From positions 4,550-68,549 of the forward strand of contig JAGSHC010000005.1 of NCBI GenBank assembly GCA_023954745.1: a stretch of DNA of 64,000 nt, written 5' to 3'. Both the position numbers and the translations under genes were made by a program. Positions 52,899-62,290 of the stretch are shown one piece after another (position 1 is the first letter of the stretch; each line of letters opens with the position of its first letter). The stretch is from Deltaproteobacteria bacterium (GTDB lineage: Bacteria > Myxococcota_A > UBA796 > UBA9615). The notes beneath the pieces are model-generated. The model ran no database searches and was not told where the DNA came from. It saw only the letters and a list, made by a program, of their open reading frames with translations.

Positions 52899-55108
52899 AG
52901 CACCTCATCCGACGGGGCCGCATGACCCCGAGGAAGTGTATCGGAGCGCACGTACTCGCTGCCCGCCAACCCCTGGATCGACGCCACCTGGGTCGTGGAG
53001 TTCCCAAAAAGCGCGGCGCTGGGGCCGTACTTCTTGACCAAGAGCAGCGCGAGGATCGCGAGCAGAAGGACAATCACGATGATCAGTGCCCCGATGACAT
53101 TCGGTGGCACGCCCTTGCGGCGTCGCTTGGGCGTCGTCCTACGCTTCCCGCCCCGCCCCTTCGTCTTGCGCCGCTTCGTCGGGCGCTTTCGCGCCCTCTT
53201 GGGACGCCGCTTCGGCTTCCTTGGAGCCGCTGGTGGGGCCTGCCAGGAGCCGGAGGCGCGCGCGACCGCCGCTGCTTCGGGCCCCATCGTCGGCTCCGGA
53301 ACCGCCTCGAGCGCGTTCGCGGTTTGGGTCGGCGGCGGGGGGCCGGCGTAGAAACGGGTGGGGTCGTCGAGATCGGTGCGCGGTGCGCTCGTGCGGGCTG
53401 CGCTGTGCGGGACCGCTGGCGCGGGCCCACTCGGACGAGACTGGGGAGGAGCCGACACGCCCGCGATCTGCGGCATGGGGCCTCCGGGGAGCGGACGTGT
53501 CCTGTCCTCATCGCCTCCCGTGACCGCACGCATCTCTCCCGTGCCGTACACCCCGGATTGAGCCGGGGTGGGGCCTGCGTAGACCCGTGTGCGATCAATG
53601 TCGTCCCAGTCGCTCGCCGGGGCAGGTCGAGCAATGGAGGCGTGGCTTGCCGCCTGTGGCCGCGCCGGCGGGGGCGTGGGGGCGTCGGCCGCGAGCGCCG
53701 CCGGGTTCGGGACAGGCGTGCCGCCGACGGGGGTTCCGCTGATGAACTGCGAACTCATTGGAGGCGGAGGCGCGGCGAGGGTCGCGGCGTCCAGGGGGTC
53801 GCGCGAGCCGGGGCGCTGCGGGCGGGGGGCGGGGGCCTCCTTGGGCGGGAGGGCGACCAGCCCTTGCGCCGTCGCGGTAGGAAGTTGCTGCACCTCGCCC
53901 GTCGACTCCAATGCCGCGATGGCGATGTAGGAGTCGAGCAGGTCCTTCCGAACCGCCTGGGTCACCGGGCCGCTGCGTTCCAGGCGCTGCTGGGGCACGG
54001 GGGTCGGCGGTGTCGCAGGGCCCACTGCTCCCAGTGGCTGCGATGTGGGCGGAGGAGGAGGAGGAGGAGGAGGAGCCACTGGCTCCGGCGGGGCCGGGGT
54101 GGGGCCGAGTTGCCGGGCGGCGCCCTCGTTGGGGAGTGCGGTCAGCCCGACGTTGCTCAGAGTCACACGACCCGGGGCGCGGCCCAGGATGCCCATGAGG
54201 CGGCCGACGTACGCTCGGATTCGGTGCCAGGAGAGGTCCACCTTGAGGCGGTCCGCCACGAACTGCAGGTCGTTCCGGACGTTGTCCATCTCGGAGTACC
54301 GCGACGCGGCGTCCGAGGAGAGCATCTTCGCGATGACGACACGCAGGCCGGGCTCTACCCCGAGCTGGGCGAGTTCTTCGACGGAGACGCGGCGCTCGCG
54401 CACCTGGTGGATCGCCTTGAGGTAGTTGTCCCCGTCGATGAGGGGGCGGCCCGTCAACATCTCGTAGAAGACGGAGCCCAAGGAGTACACGTCCGAGGCT
54501 CCAGTGAGCCGCTCCTCTCCGAAGGCCTGCTCTGGGGACATGTAGTTGGCGGTCCCCTGGACGAGGCCCCCGGTCACTGAGCCGTCCCCCACGTGGGCGA
54601 TGCCGAAGTCCGTCAGCTTCACGATGCCACGTCGGCTGAGCATCACGTTGCTGGGCTTGATGTCGCGGTGGATCAGAGGCGTCGGATTGCCGGACGGGTC
54701 CACGGCGTTGTGGGCGTAGGCGAGCGCCTCCGTGAGGCTCAGGGCGACGTGGAAGAAGAAGGGGCGGGGAATCCGGGTCTTGCGGGTGCGGTGGACCTTG
54801 ATGACGGCGGCGAGATCGATGCCGTCCACGAACTCCATGACCACGTAGTACTCGTCGCCGATGCGGCGCAGGTCGAAGACCTTGACGATGTTGTTGTGCT
54901 CGAGCTGTCCGAGCAGCCGCGCTTCCCGGACCAACTGGCGGATGAAGTAGCTGTCCATGGCGAGGCCACGGTGCAGTCGCTTGAGCGCCACGCGCGTGCG
55001 GAAGCCGTCGTCCCCCAGGCGCTCTGCCAGGAAGACGTCTGCCATTCCCCCTTCACCGATCTTGTGAAGGAGGCGGAATTCACCCCGCGTTCCGAGCGCT
55101 TCGGTCAT
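52895..55108 (-). CDS. Membrane Ser/Thr protein kinase, paralog of the downstream kinase, with a Pro-rich region and a C-terminal TM (737 aa)
   Basis: The kinase domain is highly similar to the neighbour (GEGGMADVF, HRDIKPSNVM, DFGIA). It has a poly-Pro tract, the basic cluster RKPKRRPKRARKRPTKRRKTKGRGGKRR, and then a TM VIGALIIVIVLLLAILALLLV. Confidence 0.8.
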   Translation of the reverse strand: MTEALGTRGEFRLLHKIGEGGMADVFLAERLGDDGFRTRVALKRLHRGLAMDSYFIRQLVREARLLGQLEHNNIVKVFDLRRIGDEYYVVMEFVDGIDLAAVIKVHRTRKTRIPRPFFFHVALSLTEALAYAHNAVDPSGNPTPLIHRDIKPSNVMLSRRGIVKLTDFGIAHVGDGSVTGGLVQGTANYMSPEQAFGEERLTGASDVYSLGSVFYEMLTGRPLIDGDNYLKAIHQVRERRVSVEELAQLGVEPGLRVVIAKMLSSDAASRYSEMDNVRNDLQFVADRLKVDLSWHRIRAYVGRLMGILGRAPGRVTLSNVGLTALPNEGAARQLGPTPAPPEPVAPPPPPPPPPTSQPLGAVGPATPPTPVPQQRLERSGPVTQAVRKDLLDSYIAIAALESTGEVQQLPTATAQGLVALPPKEAPAPRPQRPGSRDPLDAATLAAPPPPMSSQFISGTPVGGTPVPNPAALAADAPTPPPARPQAASHASIARPAPASDWDDIDRTRVYAGPTPAQSGVYGTGEMRAVTGGDEDRTRPLPGGPMPQIAGVSAPPQSRPSGPAPAVPHSAARTSAPRTDLDDPTRFYAGPPPPTQTANALEAVPEPTMGPEAAAVARASGSWQAPPAAPRKPKRRPKRARKRPTKRRKTKGRGGKRRTTPKRRRKGVPPNVIGALIIVIVLLLAILALLLVKKYGPSAALFGNSTTQVASIQGLAGSEYVRSDTLPRGHAAPSDEVL

Positions 55109-55132
55109 CCATTCCCGCCAGCGGCGCTGGCT

Positions 55133-55642
55133 TTACTCGCCCTGGCGCAGAACGCCGGTCCCAGTGTTGGTCTCGCCCAGGCTCGTATCGACGAGATTGC
55201 CGACGTCCTCGACATCAATGGTGTCTGGGTAGAGCGTGGTGTCCACTTGGAGCGTCCCCCGGTCGTACAGGACCGCGTCCCGCCAGATGTGGTAGCCCGG
55301 CTTGTAGATGGTGACTTCGTAGTAGTACCCCGGCGGCATCCCCAGGTCGGTGCCCGCTTCATCAGACACGTGGTCGACGACCCAGCGGCCGCCCTCGGTG
55401 GTCACTGCGAGCCCCCGGGTGCCGTCAGGCAGGGTCTCCGTCGTGCCACGCCCGCGCTCCATACTTTCGTCTGGTGCTTGAGGAAGGATCGATATCTTCG
55501 CGAAAGGAATGGGCTTTCCCTCGGCGTCGAGCACGAGGCCGGACAGCATGTCTGGCTCCTTGCCCTTGCCCTTGCCGCCGCCCGTCGTCACACAGCCAGC
55601 GAGAAGCAACGCCGCCGCCACTGTGACGATGAGGGAGGACAT
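55133..55642 (-). CDS. Small lipoprotein with a carboxypeptidase-regulatory-like beta domain
   Basis: Lipobox AAALLLAGC, then GLVLDAEGKPIPFAKISI... The start was set at the internal ATG MSSLIV. Confidence 0.4.
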   Translation of the reverse strand: MSSLIVTVAAALLLAGCVTTGGGKGKGKEPDMLSGLVLDAEGKPIPFAKISILPQAPDESMERGRGTTETLPDGTRGLAVTTEGGRWVVDHVSDEAGTDLGMPPGYYYEVTIYKPGYHIWRDAVLYDRGTLQVDTTLYPDTIDVEDVGNLVDTSLGETNTGTGVLRQGE

Positions 55643-55748
55643 CGCTGCTTTGCGTCTGGTCACGTGGGTCTCCTTGCGCTGACGTCGATATAGCAAAGCC
55701 CGGGGGAGCGGTCGCTCCTACCCGGGCCGTGCGCACCGCGAGGGTGAA

Positions 55749-56123
55749 TCACTGAGGACGTGGAAGCACGCCGTTGTCGTCCTCGGTCGGGTCCAGGGAT
55801 GCACCGTTGGGTGCGTAGTCGCTGCACCCAGCGGCCGTCGTCAGCTGACTGAGGTTGTCGGCGCACTGCAGGCGCACGGTGCGCTGGTCTTCCACCGGCT
55901 GGATTCCGATCGTCGCAGTGACGCGGGCCTGGCACGTGGTGATGTAGTCGTTGGCGTCGTCGTAGCCAAAGTCGGCCCACAGGGCCTCCCAGTGCTCCAG
56001 ACACGAGTCGACGTAGCGGGCGTTCTCCACGCAGAGCGTCTGGCAGACCGGCTGACAGCCGGAGAACAGCGCAGCACCGCCGATGGCGGCAAGCGTGACT
56101 AGGAACCGGGACAGAACGCGCAT
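55749..56123 (-). CDS. Small Cys-rich lipoprotein
   Basis: MRVLSRFLVTLAAIGGAALFSGC, then eight more Cys in ~100 aa. The start was set at the internal ATG. Confidence 0.4.
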   Translation of the reverse strand: MRVLSRFLVTLAAIGGAALFSGCQPVCQTLCVENARYVDSCLEHWEALWADFGYDDANDYITTCQARVTATIGIQPVEDQRTVRLQCADNLSQLTTAAGCSDYAPNGASLDPTEDDNGVLPRPQ

Positions 56124-56225
56124 CGAGCCCTCCTGCTCAGCAACGTTGGACATTCGCGCGGGCGAAGCCCGAGGCCTGAATTCTGGCACGTTGGCTCAGC
56201 GCAGTACACCGAGACCGCGACCATA

Positions 56226-57362
56226 TTACCGGGGGGCAGTCGCCTGTCTGGTCACGAGAGAGGAACGGCTGGCCCTTGCGCGCGCCACTGTGCCCCCACC
56301 CAGGACCTCGGAACCCGCCCCATAAAGCACCGCCGCCTGGCCCGGCGCGAGCGATCGAACCGGCCGCCGGAGCACCGCCTCGACCTCAGTCCCCACTTCC
56401 GTCCAGGAGTCCACGGGTGCGGAGCCGCCCCGGTAGCGGACCTTGAGGGACGTGGGCTCGTCCGCCGCCGGTCGACGGAGCCAGCTCCACTCCTCGATGG
56501 AGACCTCGGTGGCGCCGAGTCTCTCGGCACTGGCGACAACCAGTCGCCCGCGTCCGGCGTCGATCTCCCGCACATACAGAGGCTCCGCCGATGCGATGCC
56601 GAGGCCTTTGCGCTGTCCGACGGTGAACGAGTGCACTCCCTGATGGGTTCCGAGCACCCTCCCCTCCTCATCGACGATGGCCCCGGGATCCCCTGCCCCA
56701 CCGTGACGCGACACGAATCCGGCGACGTCCCCGTCCGGGATGAAGCAGATGTCCTGCGAGTCCGGCTTGTTTCTTGTCCGCACCTCGAGCCGCTCCGCCT
56801 CCGCGCGGACCTCCGCCTTGGTCATGCCCCCCAGCGGCATGCAGAGGCGGTCGAGGGCTGGTCGGGTGGTTCCTCCGAGGAAGTAGCTCTGGTCCTTCCC
56901 GGGATCGACGCCCGCGAGCAGCCTCGCGCGGCCGGTGTCGTCGAGGACCACCTGTGCGTAGTGGCCCGTGGCCACCCAGTGGGCATCGAGCTCCGCCGCC
57001 CGGTCCATCAGGCGGTCAAACTTGAGGTGGTTGTTGCAGCGCACGCAAGGGTTGGGAGTGAGGCCCTGTTGATAGGCCTTCACGAACGGCTCGATCACCT
57101 GGGCCGCAAACGGGGCTCGGTAGTTCAACAGGTAGTGCGGAACGCCGAGATCGCGGCACACCCGCCGGGCGTCGAGGATGTCGTCCGGTGTGCAGCAGCC
57201 TCCGTCGGGGCCATTGGGGTCCGGGTCCTCCCACAAGGAGAGGGTGATGCCGACGACGTCGCACCCGGCCTCCGCGAGCATCGCGGCGGCGACGGAGCTG
57301 TCCACGCCACCGCTCATCGCGACGACAACCCGTTCTCCGGGTCGCGGCGCGGCGGTTCTCAC
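56226..57362 (-). CDS. mnmA: tRNA-specific 2-thiouridylase MnmA
   Basis: PP-loop RVVVAMSGGVDSSV and the catalytic Cys region NPCVRCN. The GTG start overlaps the upstream TGA (GTGA). Confidence 0.85.
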   Translation of the reverse strand: MRTAAPRPGERVVVAMSGGVDSSVAAAMLAEAGCDVVGITLSLWEDPDPNGPDGGCCTPDDILDARRVCRDLGVPHYLLNYRAPFAAQVIEPFVKAYQQGLTPNPCVRCNNHLKFDRLMDRAAELDAHWVATGHYAQVVLDDTGRARLLAGVDPGKDQSYFLGGTTRPALDRLCMPLGGMTKAEVRAEAERLEVRTRNKPDSQDICFIPDGDVAGFVSRHGGAGDPGAIVDEEGRVLGTHQGVHSFTVGQRKGLGIASAEPLYVREIDAGRGRLVVASAERLGATEVSIEEWSWLRRPAADEPTSLKVRYRGGSAPVDSWTEVGTEVEAVLRRPVRSLAPGQAAVLYGAGSEVLGGGTVARARASRSSLVTRQATAPR

Positions 57363-58516
57363 GCGGTGGCCTGCAGCGCGCGAAGCTTGGCGACCTCGGC
57401 GACGACAGCGTCGATGACCTCGTCCACCTGCGCCTCGTCGTTCCCGGTCCCCAAGGAGAAGCGGATCGCCGCCGCCAGCCACTCGTCCCCCTGCTCGAGG
57501 GCCACGAGCACATGACTCGGATCCAAGGAGCCCGACGTGCAGGCGGACCCGGTACTGATGGCGATTCCGCGCAGGTCGAGGTTGAGGACGTGCGCTGCCC
57601 CGGCGACCCCCGAGAAGGAGAGGTTGGTGGTGTTCGGGAGGCGACCGTCGGGGTCGCCGTTGACCCGCACCCGCTCGACACGACTGACAATCCCTTCTTC
57701 GAGGCGGTCACGCAGCCTCGATACGTCCTGCTCCCAGCCCGAGGCGAGGCGCTCTCCTGCGAGGGCGGCGGCCTTGCCGAATCCGACGATCCCCGCCGCG
57801 TTGTAGGTGCCGCAGCGTCGGCCGCGCTCCTGCCCCCCGCCTCGGATGTAGGGCTCGAACGGCGTCTTCCGCTTCACCCAGAGGGCACCACACCCCTTCG
57901 GGCCGCAGATCTTGTGCGCCGAGATTGAGAGCAGATCGACCCCGAGGGAGCCCACGTCGATGGGCACCTTTCCAAGGGCGTTGACGGCGTCGCAGTGCAC
58001 CAGGGCGCCGTGCTCGTGGGCGATCTCAGAGATGGCCGTGATGTCGTTGATGTTCCCGATCTCGTTGTTCGCGAGCATCAGCGACACCAGGGTGGTGTCG
58101 TCGGCAATGGCCTCCCGCACCTCGTCCAGGTCGTGCCGCCCTCGTCCGTCGACCCCGAGCAGGGTGACGCGGACGTCGTGGGCGGTCTCCAGCCACTTGG
58201 CCATGTCGAGGATGGCCTTGTGCTCGATGGACGAGGTCACGAGGTGGCGCCCCCGAGGTCGCGCAGCGAGCACGCCCATCAGCGCGGTGTTGTCCGACTC
58301 GGTTCCTCCGCTCGTGAAGAACAGGTCTCTGGCGCGGGCTCCGATGAGATCGGCCACCTGGTCCCGGGCGTCGTCGATGAGGCCCGCGGGCTCGCGTCCA
58401 GCCCAGTGAATGGATGACGGGTTCCCCCAGTGCTCGCTGTAGAGCGGCCACATCGCATCCAGCACGGGCTTGGCCACGGGGGTCGTCGCGTTGTGGTCCA
58501 TGTAGATGCGGCTCAT
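57359..58516 (-). CDS. Cysteine desulfurase (IscS/NifS family)
   Basis: IYMDHNATTP, the PLP-Lys region SISAHKICGPKG, and the active-site loop SACTSGS. The start was set at the ATG MSRIYMDH. Confidence 0.85.
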   Translation of the reverse strand: MSRIYMDHNATTPVAKPVLDAMWPLYSEHWGNPSSIHWAGREPAGLIDDARDQVADLIGARARDLFFTSGGTESDNTALMGVLAARPRGRHLVTSSIEHKAILDMAKWLETAHDVRVTLLGVDGRGRHDLDEVREAIADDTTLVSLMLANNEIGNINDITAISEIAHEHGALVHCDAVNALGKVPIDVGSLGVDLLSISAHKICGPKGCGALWVKRKTPFEPYIRGGGQERGRRCGTYNAAGIVGFGKAAALAGERLASGWEQDVSRLRDRLEEGIVSRVERVRVNGDPDGRLPNTTNLSFSGVAGAAHVLNLDLRGIAISTGSACTSGSLDPSHVLVALEQGDEWLAAAIRFSLGTGNDEAQVDEVIDAVVAEVAKLRALQATA

Positions 58517-58896
58517 CGAGGCTCCTCGTCTGGCCCCCCCACGGCGCGCTCTGCGCTCGGGAATCGGATGCGGGGGGTCAACAGCGCGGCCATCTTGATT
58601 CCGATTCCGGGCACCTGCAACAAGTCCGAGGGGCTGCGCAAGGCCCCGTCGGCAGCGGCGCGACTGAGGACGGCGGCTCGCGACGGCCCCACTGCTGGGA
58701 GAGCCTCCCAGGCGAGTGGGTCCGCACAGGTGGCAGGGATCTGCCAACCGATGGCGACGGCGTCCGCGATGGAGTCGGGTTGGTCCGGTGGCTCGAAGCC
58801 TGCTGTGACGCGCTCGGAGGGGAGCAGGATCCCCACGGCCAGAATCAGTCCGAGGACCGTGGCTCCCACGGCATGGCTGCGTTGCTGATCATCCAC
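58513..58896 (-). CDS. Small membrane protein with a helix-hairpin-helix motif (ComEA-like)
   Basis: TM GATVLGLILAVGILL and a C-terminal LLQVPGIGIKMAALL HhH. A GTG start at 58896 has a GGGGGAG RBS, but it would overlap the tsaE 3' end by ~50 nt, so the call is tentative. Confidence 0.35.
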   Translation of the reverse strand: MDDQQRSHAVGATVLGLILAVGILLPSERVTAGFEPPDQPDSIADAVAIGWQIPATCADPLAWEALPAVGPSRAAVLSRAAADGALRSPSDLLQVPGIGIKMAALLTPRIRFPSAERAVGGPDEEPR

Positions 58897-59378
58897 GGTC
58901 GTGCTCCCCCTGGTGGACTGCGCTCCTGCAGCCACCGCAACTCGCCGCCGTCGCCTTCGGCAACCGTCACGCGGCGCTGTCCCTCTTCGTGTTCGAGGCG
59001 GATCCACAACGCATTGGGGGGGATGAGCTCGGGCAGGCGTCCGGCCCACTCGACGACTCCGATGCCGTCGCCGTCACAGAGACGGTCGACTAGACCGATG
59101 TCTTCGGCTTCGCTGATGTCCCCGAGTCGGTACAGGTCTACGTGCAGCAGGGGCACGCGCGTGGGGTACTCGTTGCAGACAGTGAACGTCGGGCTTTGTA
59201 CCGGAACGCCCGCCGGTAGGTCCAGAGCTTCCGCGAGCCCCTGCACGAGAGTCGTCTTACCTGAGCCGAGGGGGCCCACCAAGGCGAGAACATCGCCGGG
59301 GAACAGCGCCTCGCCGAGCAGAAGCCCCAGCGCTCTGGTGGCTGCGGCGTCGGGCAGGAGCGTCGTGATGGCGCTCAC
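58845..59378 (-). CDS. tsaE: tRNA t6A biosynthesis ATPase TsaE (YjeE)
   Basis: GPLGSGKTTLVQGL, SPTFTVCNEY, HVDLYRL. Confidence 0.75.
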   Translation of the reverse strand: MSAITTLLPDAAATRALGLLLGEALFPGDVLALVGPLGSGKTTLVQGLAEALDLPAGVPVQSPTFTVCNEYPTRVPLLHVDLYRLGDISEAEDIGLVDRLCDGDGIGVVEWAGRLPELIPPNALWIRLEHEEGQRRVTVAEGDGGELRWLQERSPPGGARPWMISNAAMPWEPRSSD

Positions 59379-60946
59379 CAGGCCCTCCAGCCGGAAGGGA
59401 GCGCGAGAAAGGGCGGTGGCGTGTGCTCGGCAGCAGCCAGGGCCGCACCGAGGGCTTCCGCGATGTCGGACGCCAACACGGAAGGCTCCCCGAGCTGCTC
59501 GGCGGCTCGGTCCCCTGCGAGGCCGTGCCAGAAGACCCCGGCGGGAGCAGCCTCCTCTGGGGAGAGGCCTCGGGCCAGGAGGGCTCCGATCACGCCGGTC
59601 AGGACGTCGCCAGACCCAGCGGTGCCCATGCCGGGGTTTCCGGTGGGGTTGAGCAGGGTGTCTTCGACGCGCCCCACGAGGGTCCCTGCACCCTTGAGCA
59701 CGGCCACGGAGTGAGTCAGGATCTGGAGCGCCCGGACGCTCCCAAGTCGGTCCGACTGGACCTCACCGCTCGAGCTCCCGAGCAACCGCGAAGCCTCCCC
59801 GGGGTGGGGGGTGACCACTCGCGCACCCGTGGCCGGCCAAGGCGAACCCACCATGACGTTCAGCCCGTCGGCGTCGACCACGGACGGGATCTGGAGAGCG
59901 CGGAGCAAGGCAGTGATGAAGGTCCGCGCGCCGTCGCTGGTCCCCACGCCGGGGCCGACCGCGACGGCGTCTCGGGTCGCCGCGAGGGCCAGGATCGGGT
60001 CGAGGGAGCTCTCATCGAAGCCCCCCTCCCCTGCGGCGATGCGCTCGACCATCACTTCGGGGCGGAGGTTGGCGAGGGAGTCGACGGGAACTCCCCGGGG
60101 CAGCGCGAGGGTCACGAGCCCTGCCCCTGCCCGAAGCGCTGCTTCGCAGCAGAGCCGTGCAGCCCCGACCTTCCCGGGGCCCCCGGCGACGACGAGGAGG
60201 TGCCCAAAGGTGCCCTTGTGCGCTGCGGCTTCTCGGGGCGCCAGGGATGCGAGGACCGAAGCATCGATGAGTCGGGGGGCGTCTTCGACGACATCTGGCC
60301 ACCGAGCGATGGGGATGCCGATGTCGGCGACGACGAGCTCGCCTCGCTGAGAGGCTCCCGGCTCGGTGAAGTGTCCGATCTTCGGGGCGCCGAACGTGAC
60401 GGTCACGTCCGCGCGGCACGCCCTTCCGAGGACCCTCCCCGTGCGCCCGTCGACCCCCGACGGAATGTCCACCGCGAGGAGCGGAAGGCCCGCGTCGTTG
60501 GCGGCGCGGATGTACGCCCCGGCCACGCCGGTCACCTCCCGATCCAGTCCAGTCCCAAAGAGGGCATCCACCACCACGCCAAATGCGTCGAAGGGCAAGT
60601 CCGCATCGGGGGCGTGCACCGGGACATCGACCGCCTGGGCGAGCTCCAGCTGCCTGCGCGCGTCTCCATCCAGCTGGTCCGGAGCGCGGGTGAGCAGCGC
60701 TTCAGCCTCAATCCCAAGGCAGGCGAGCCGGCGAGCGATGGCCAAGCCATCTCCGCCGTTGTTCCCAGGTCCGCAGAGCACGAGAACCCCCCGCTGTGCA
60801 GCTTGCTCGCTCCAGCGCTCAAGCACGGCCTGCACGCAGGCGGTTGCCGCCGTCTCCATGAGAACGAGCCCAGGAACCCCGAGTTCGTCGATGGTCCGGC
60901 GGTCCATCTCCGCCATCTGGCGGGGGGTCAATAGCGGCACGGACAC
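59375..60946 (-). CDS. nnr: Bifunctional NAD(P)H-hydrate repair enzyme Nnr (YjeF-N epimerase plus carbohydrate-kinase-like dehydratase)
   Basis: N-terminal LVLCGPGNNGGDGLAIARRL and a C-terminal dehydratase domain (HKGTFGHLLVVAGGPGKVGAARL ... GSGDVLTGVIGALLA). Confidence 0.8.
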   Translation of the reverse strand: MSVPLLTPRQMAEMDRRTIDELGVPGLVLMETAATACVQAVLERWSEQAAQRGVLVLCGPGNNGGDGLAIARRLACLGIEAEALLTRAPDQLDGDARRQLELAQAVDVPVHAPDADLPFDAFGVVVDALFGTGLDREVTGVAGAYIRAANDAGLPLLAVDIPSGVDGRTGRVLGRACRADVTVTFGAPKIGHFTEPGASQRGELVVADIGIPIARWPDVVEDAPRLIDASVLASLAPREAAAHKGTFGHLLVVAGGPGKVGAARLCCEAALRAGAGLVTLALPRGVPVDSLANLRPEVMVERIAAGEGGFDESSLDPILALAATRDAVAVGPGVGTSDGARTFITALLRALQIPSVVDADGLNVMVGSPWPATGARVVTPHPGEASRLLGSSSGEVQSDRLGSVRALQILTHSVAVLKGAGTLVGRVEDTLLNPTGNPGMGTAGSGDVLTGVIGALLARGLSPEEAAPAGVFWHGLAGDRAAEQLGEPSVLASDIAEALGAALAAAEHTPPPFLALPSGWRAW

Positions 60947-60949
60947 CGG

Positions 60950-62290
60950 CTACGCCTCGGGAGGGATGCACTCGCGAGCACATGCCTCGATGCGGTCGGC
61001 CCAGGTGTCCACGAGCCCCCTCGCGGGACCCTCTACCTGGATGCGCAGGACGGGCTCGGTCCCCGAGTACCGCAGAAGTCGACGGGCGCCGCCGGCGTGC
61101 AAGGCGGCATCTGCTTCCTCGAGGAGCGCCACGAGGGGCGGCAAGGAGTCCAGGGCCGGGCGGGCCCCGACGCGGACTGAGCGCTTGCTGGACGGGTCGC
61201 GGGGGATGGCGCCCAGGAGGGCGCTCAAGGGCTCGTCGGCAAGCCGTGCCTGGCGGAGGACCTCCAGCGCCACCCGAATACCGTCCCCGGTGGGGCACAG
61301 GTGAGGCGTCAGGACGTGGCCGGAACTCTCCCCTCCAATGACTGCTCCGCTGGTCTCCATCAGCGCAGCGACGTTGCGGTCCCCCACGGCGGAGCGGAGC
61401 AGACTCACTCCTCGATCGGCGAGGTAGCGCTCGAGCCCCGAGTTGGTGGTGACGGTGCCCACGACGACGTCTCCGGCCAGCTGGCCGGCGCGAAGGAGTC
61501 CGTCGGCGAGGAATCCGAGGATCGGGTCGCCGTCGTGGACCACGCCGCGCTCGTCGACGAGGGTCACGCGGTCGCCGTCGCCGTCGACGGACACTCCCGC
61601 CCAGGCTCCGTGCTTCACGACGGCCGCCGCCAGCTCTTCGGGGTGGACTGCTCCGCAGCCGTCGTTGATGTTCCGGCCCGTGGGCGGCGGGCTCGACCGG
61701 CGCACCTCGGCCCCTGCCGCTGAGAGCGAGAGAGGAAGGGCCTCAAAGGCCGCTCCCGCCGCGCTGTCAGCGACGACGAGTCGACCATCGAGTCGACCTC
61801 CTCCAGCGAAGGCGCCCGCGAGTGACTCGAGGTAGTCCGGAAGAACCTTGGCGCCCTTCACGGCTCCAAATCGGTCGGTCTCGCGGACCTCGCCCAGGCG
61901 GGCTTCAGCTGCTCGCTGTACGGCGTCGGGCGTCTTGCTGCCGTCGGCGGCGAAGAGCTTCAACCCGTTGTCGAACCACGGGTTGTGGCTCGCGGTGATC
62001 ATCACTCCGCCGAGGAGCCCGTCCGTTCGCGCCATCCACCAGCTGAGAGCTGGGGTGGGCACGACCCCGAGATCGATCACGTCGCAACCCGCGGACGTGA
62101 GGCCAGCGGCCACCACCGAGGCGAGCATCGGGCCGGACTCCCGCGTGTCTCGGGCGATCGCCACCGCGCCGTCCCCCAGCATCGAGCGGACGGTCACGCC
62201 GAAGGCGGTGGCGAGGGCCAGAGCTCCCTCGGGGGACAGCGGGCCCACTCCGGCCTTGCCTCGTACTCCATCGGTCCCAAACAGGCTCAC
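60950..62290 (-). CDS. glmM: Phosphoglucosamine mutase GlmM
   Basis: MSLFGTDGVRGKAG and the active-site TASHNP. Confidence 0.85.
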   Translation of the reverse strand: MSLFGTDGVRGKAGVGPLSPEGALALATAFGVTVRSMLGDGAVAIARDTRESGPMLASVVAAGLTSAGCDVIDLGVVPTPALSWWMARTDGLLGGVMITASHNPWFDNGLKLFAADGSKTPDAVQRAAEARLGEVRETDRFGAVKGAKVLPDYLESLAGAFAGGGRLDGRLVVADSAAGAAFEALPLSLSAAGAEVRRSSPPPTGRNINDGCGAVHPEELAAAVVKHGAWAGVSVDGDGDRVTLVDERGVVHDGDPILGFLADGLLRAGQLAGDVVVGTVTTNSGLERYLADRGVSLLRSAVGDRNVAALMETSGAVIGGESSGHVLTPHLCPTGDGIRVALEVLRQARLADEPLSALLGAIPRDPSSKRSVRVGARPALDSLPPLVALLEEADAALHAGGARRLLRYSGTEPVLRIQVEGPARGLVDTWADRIEACARECIPPEA

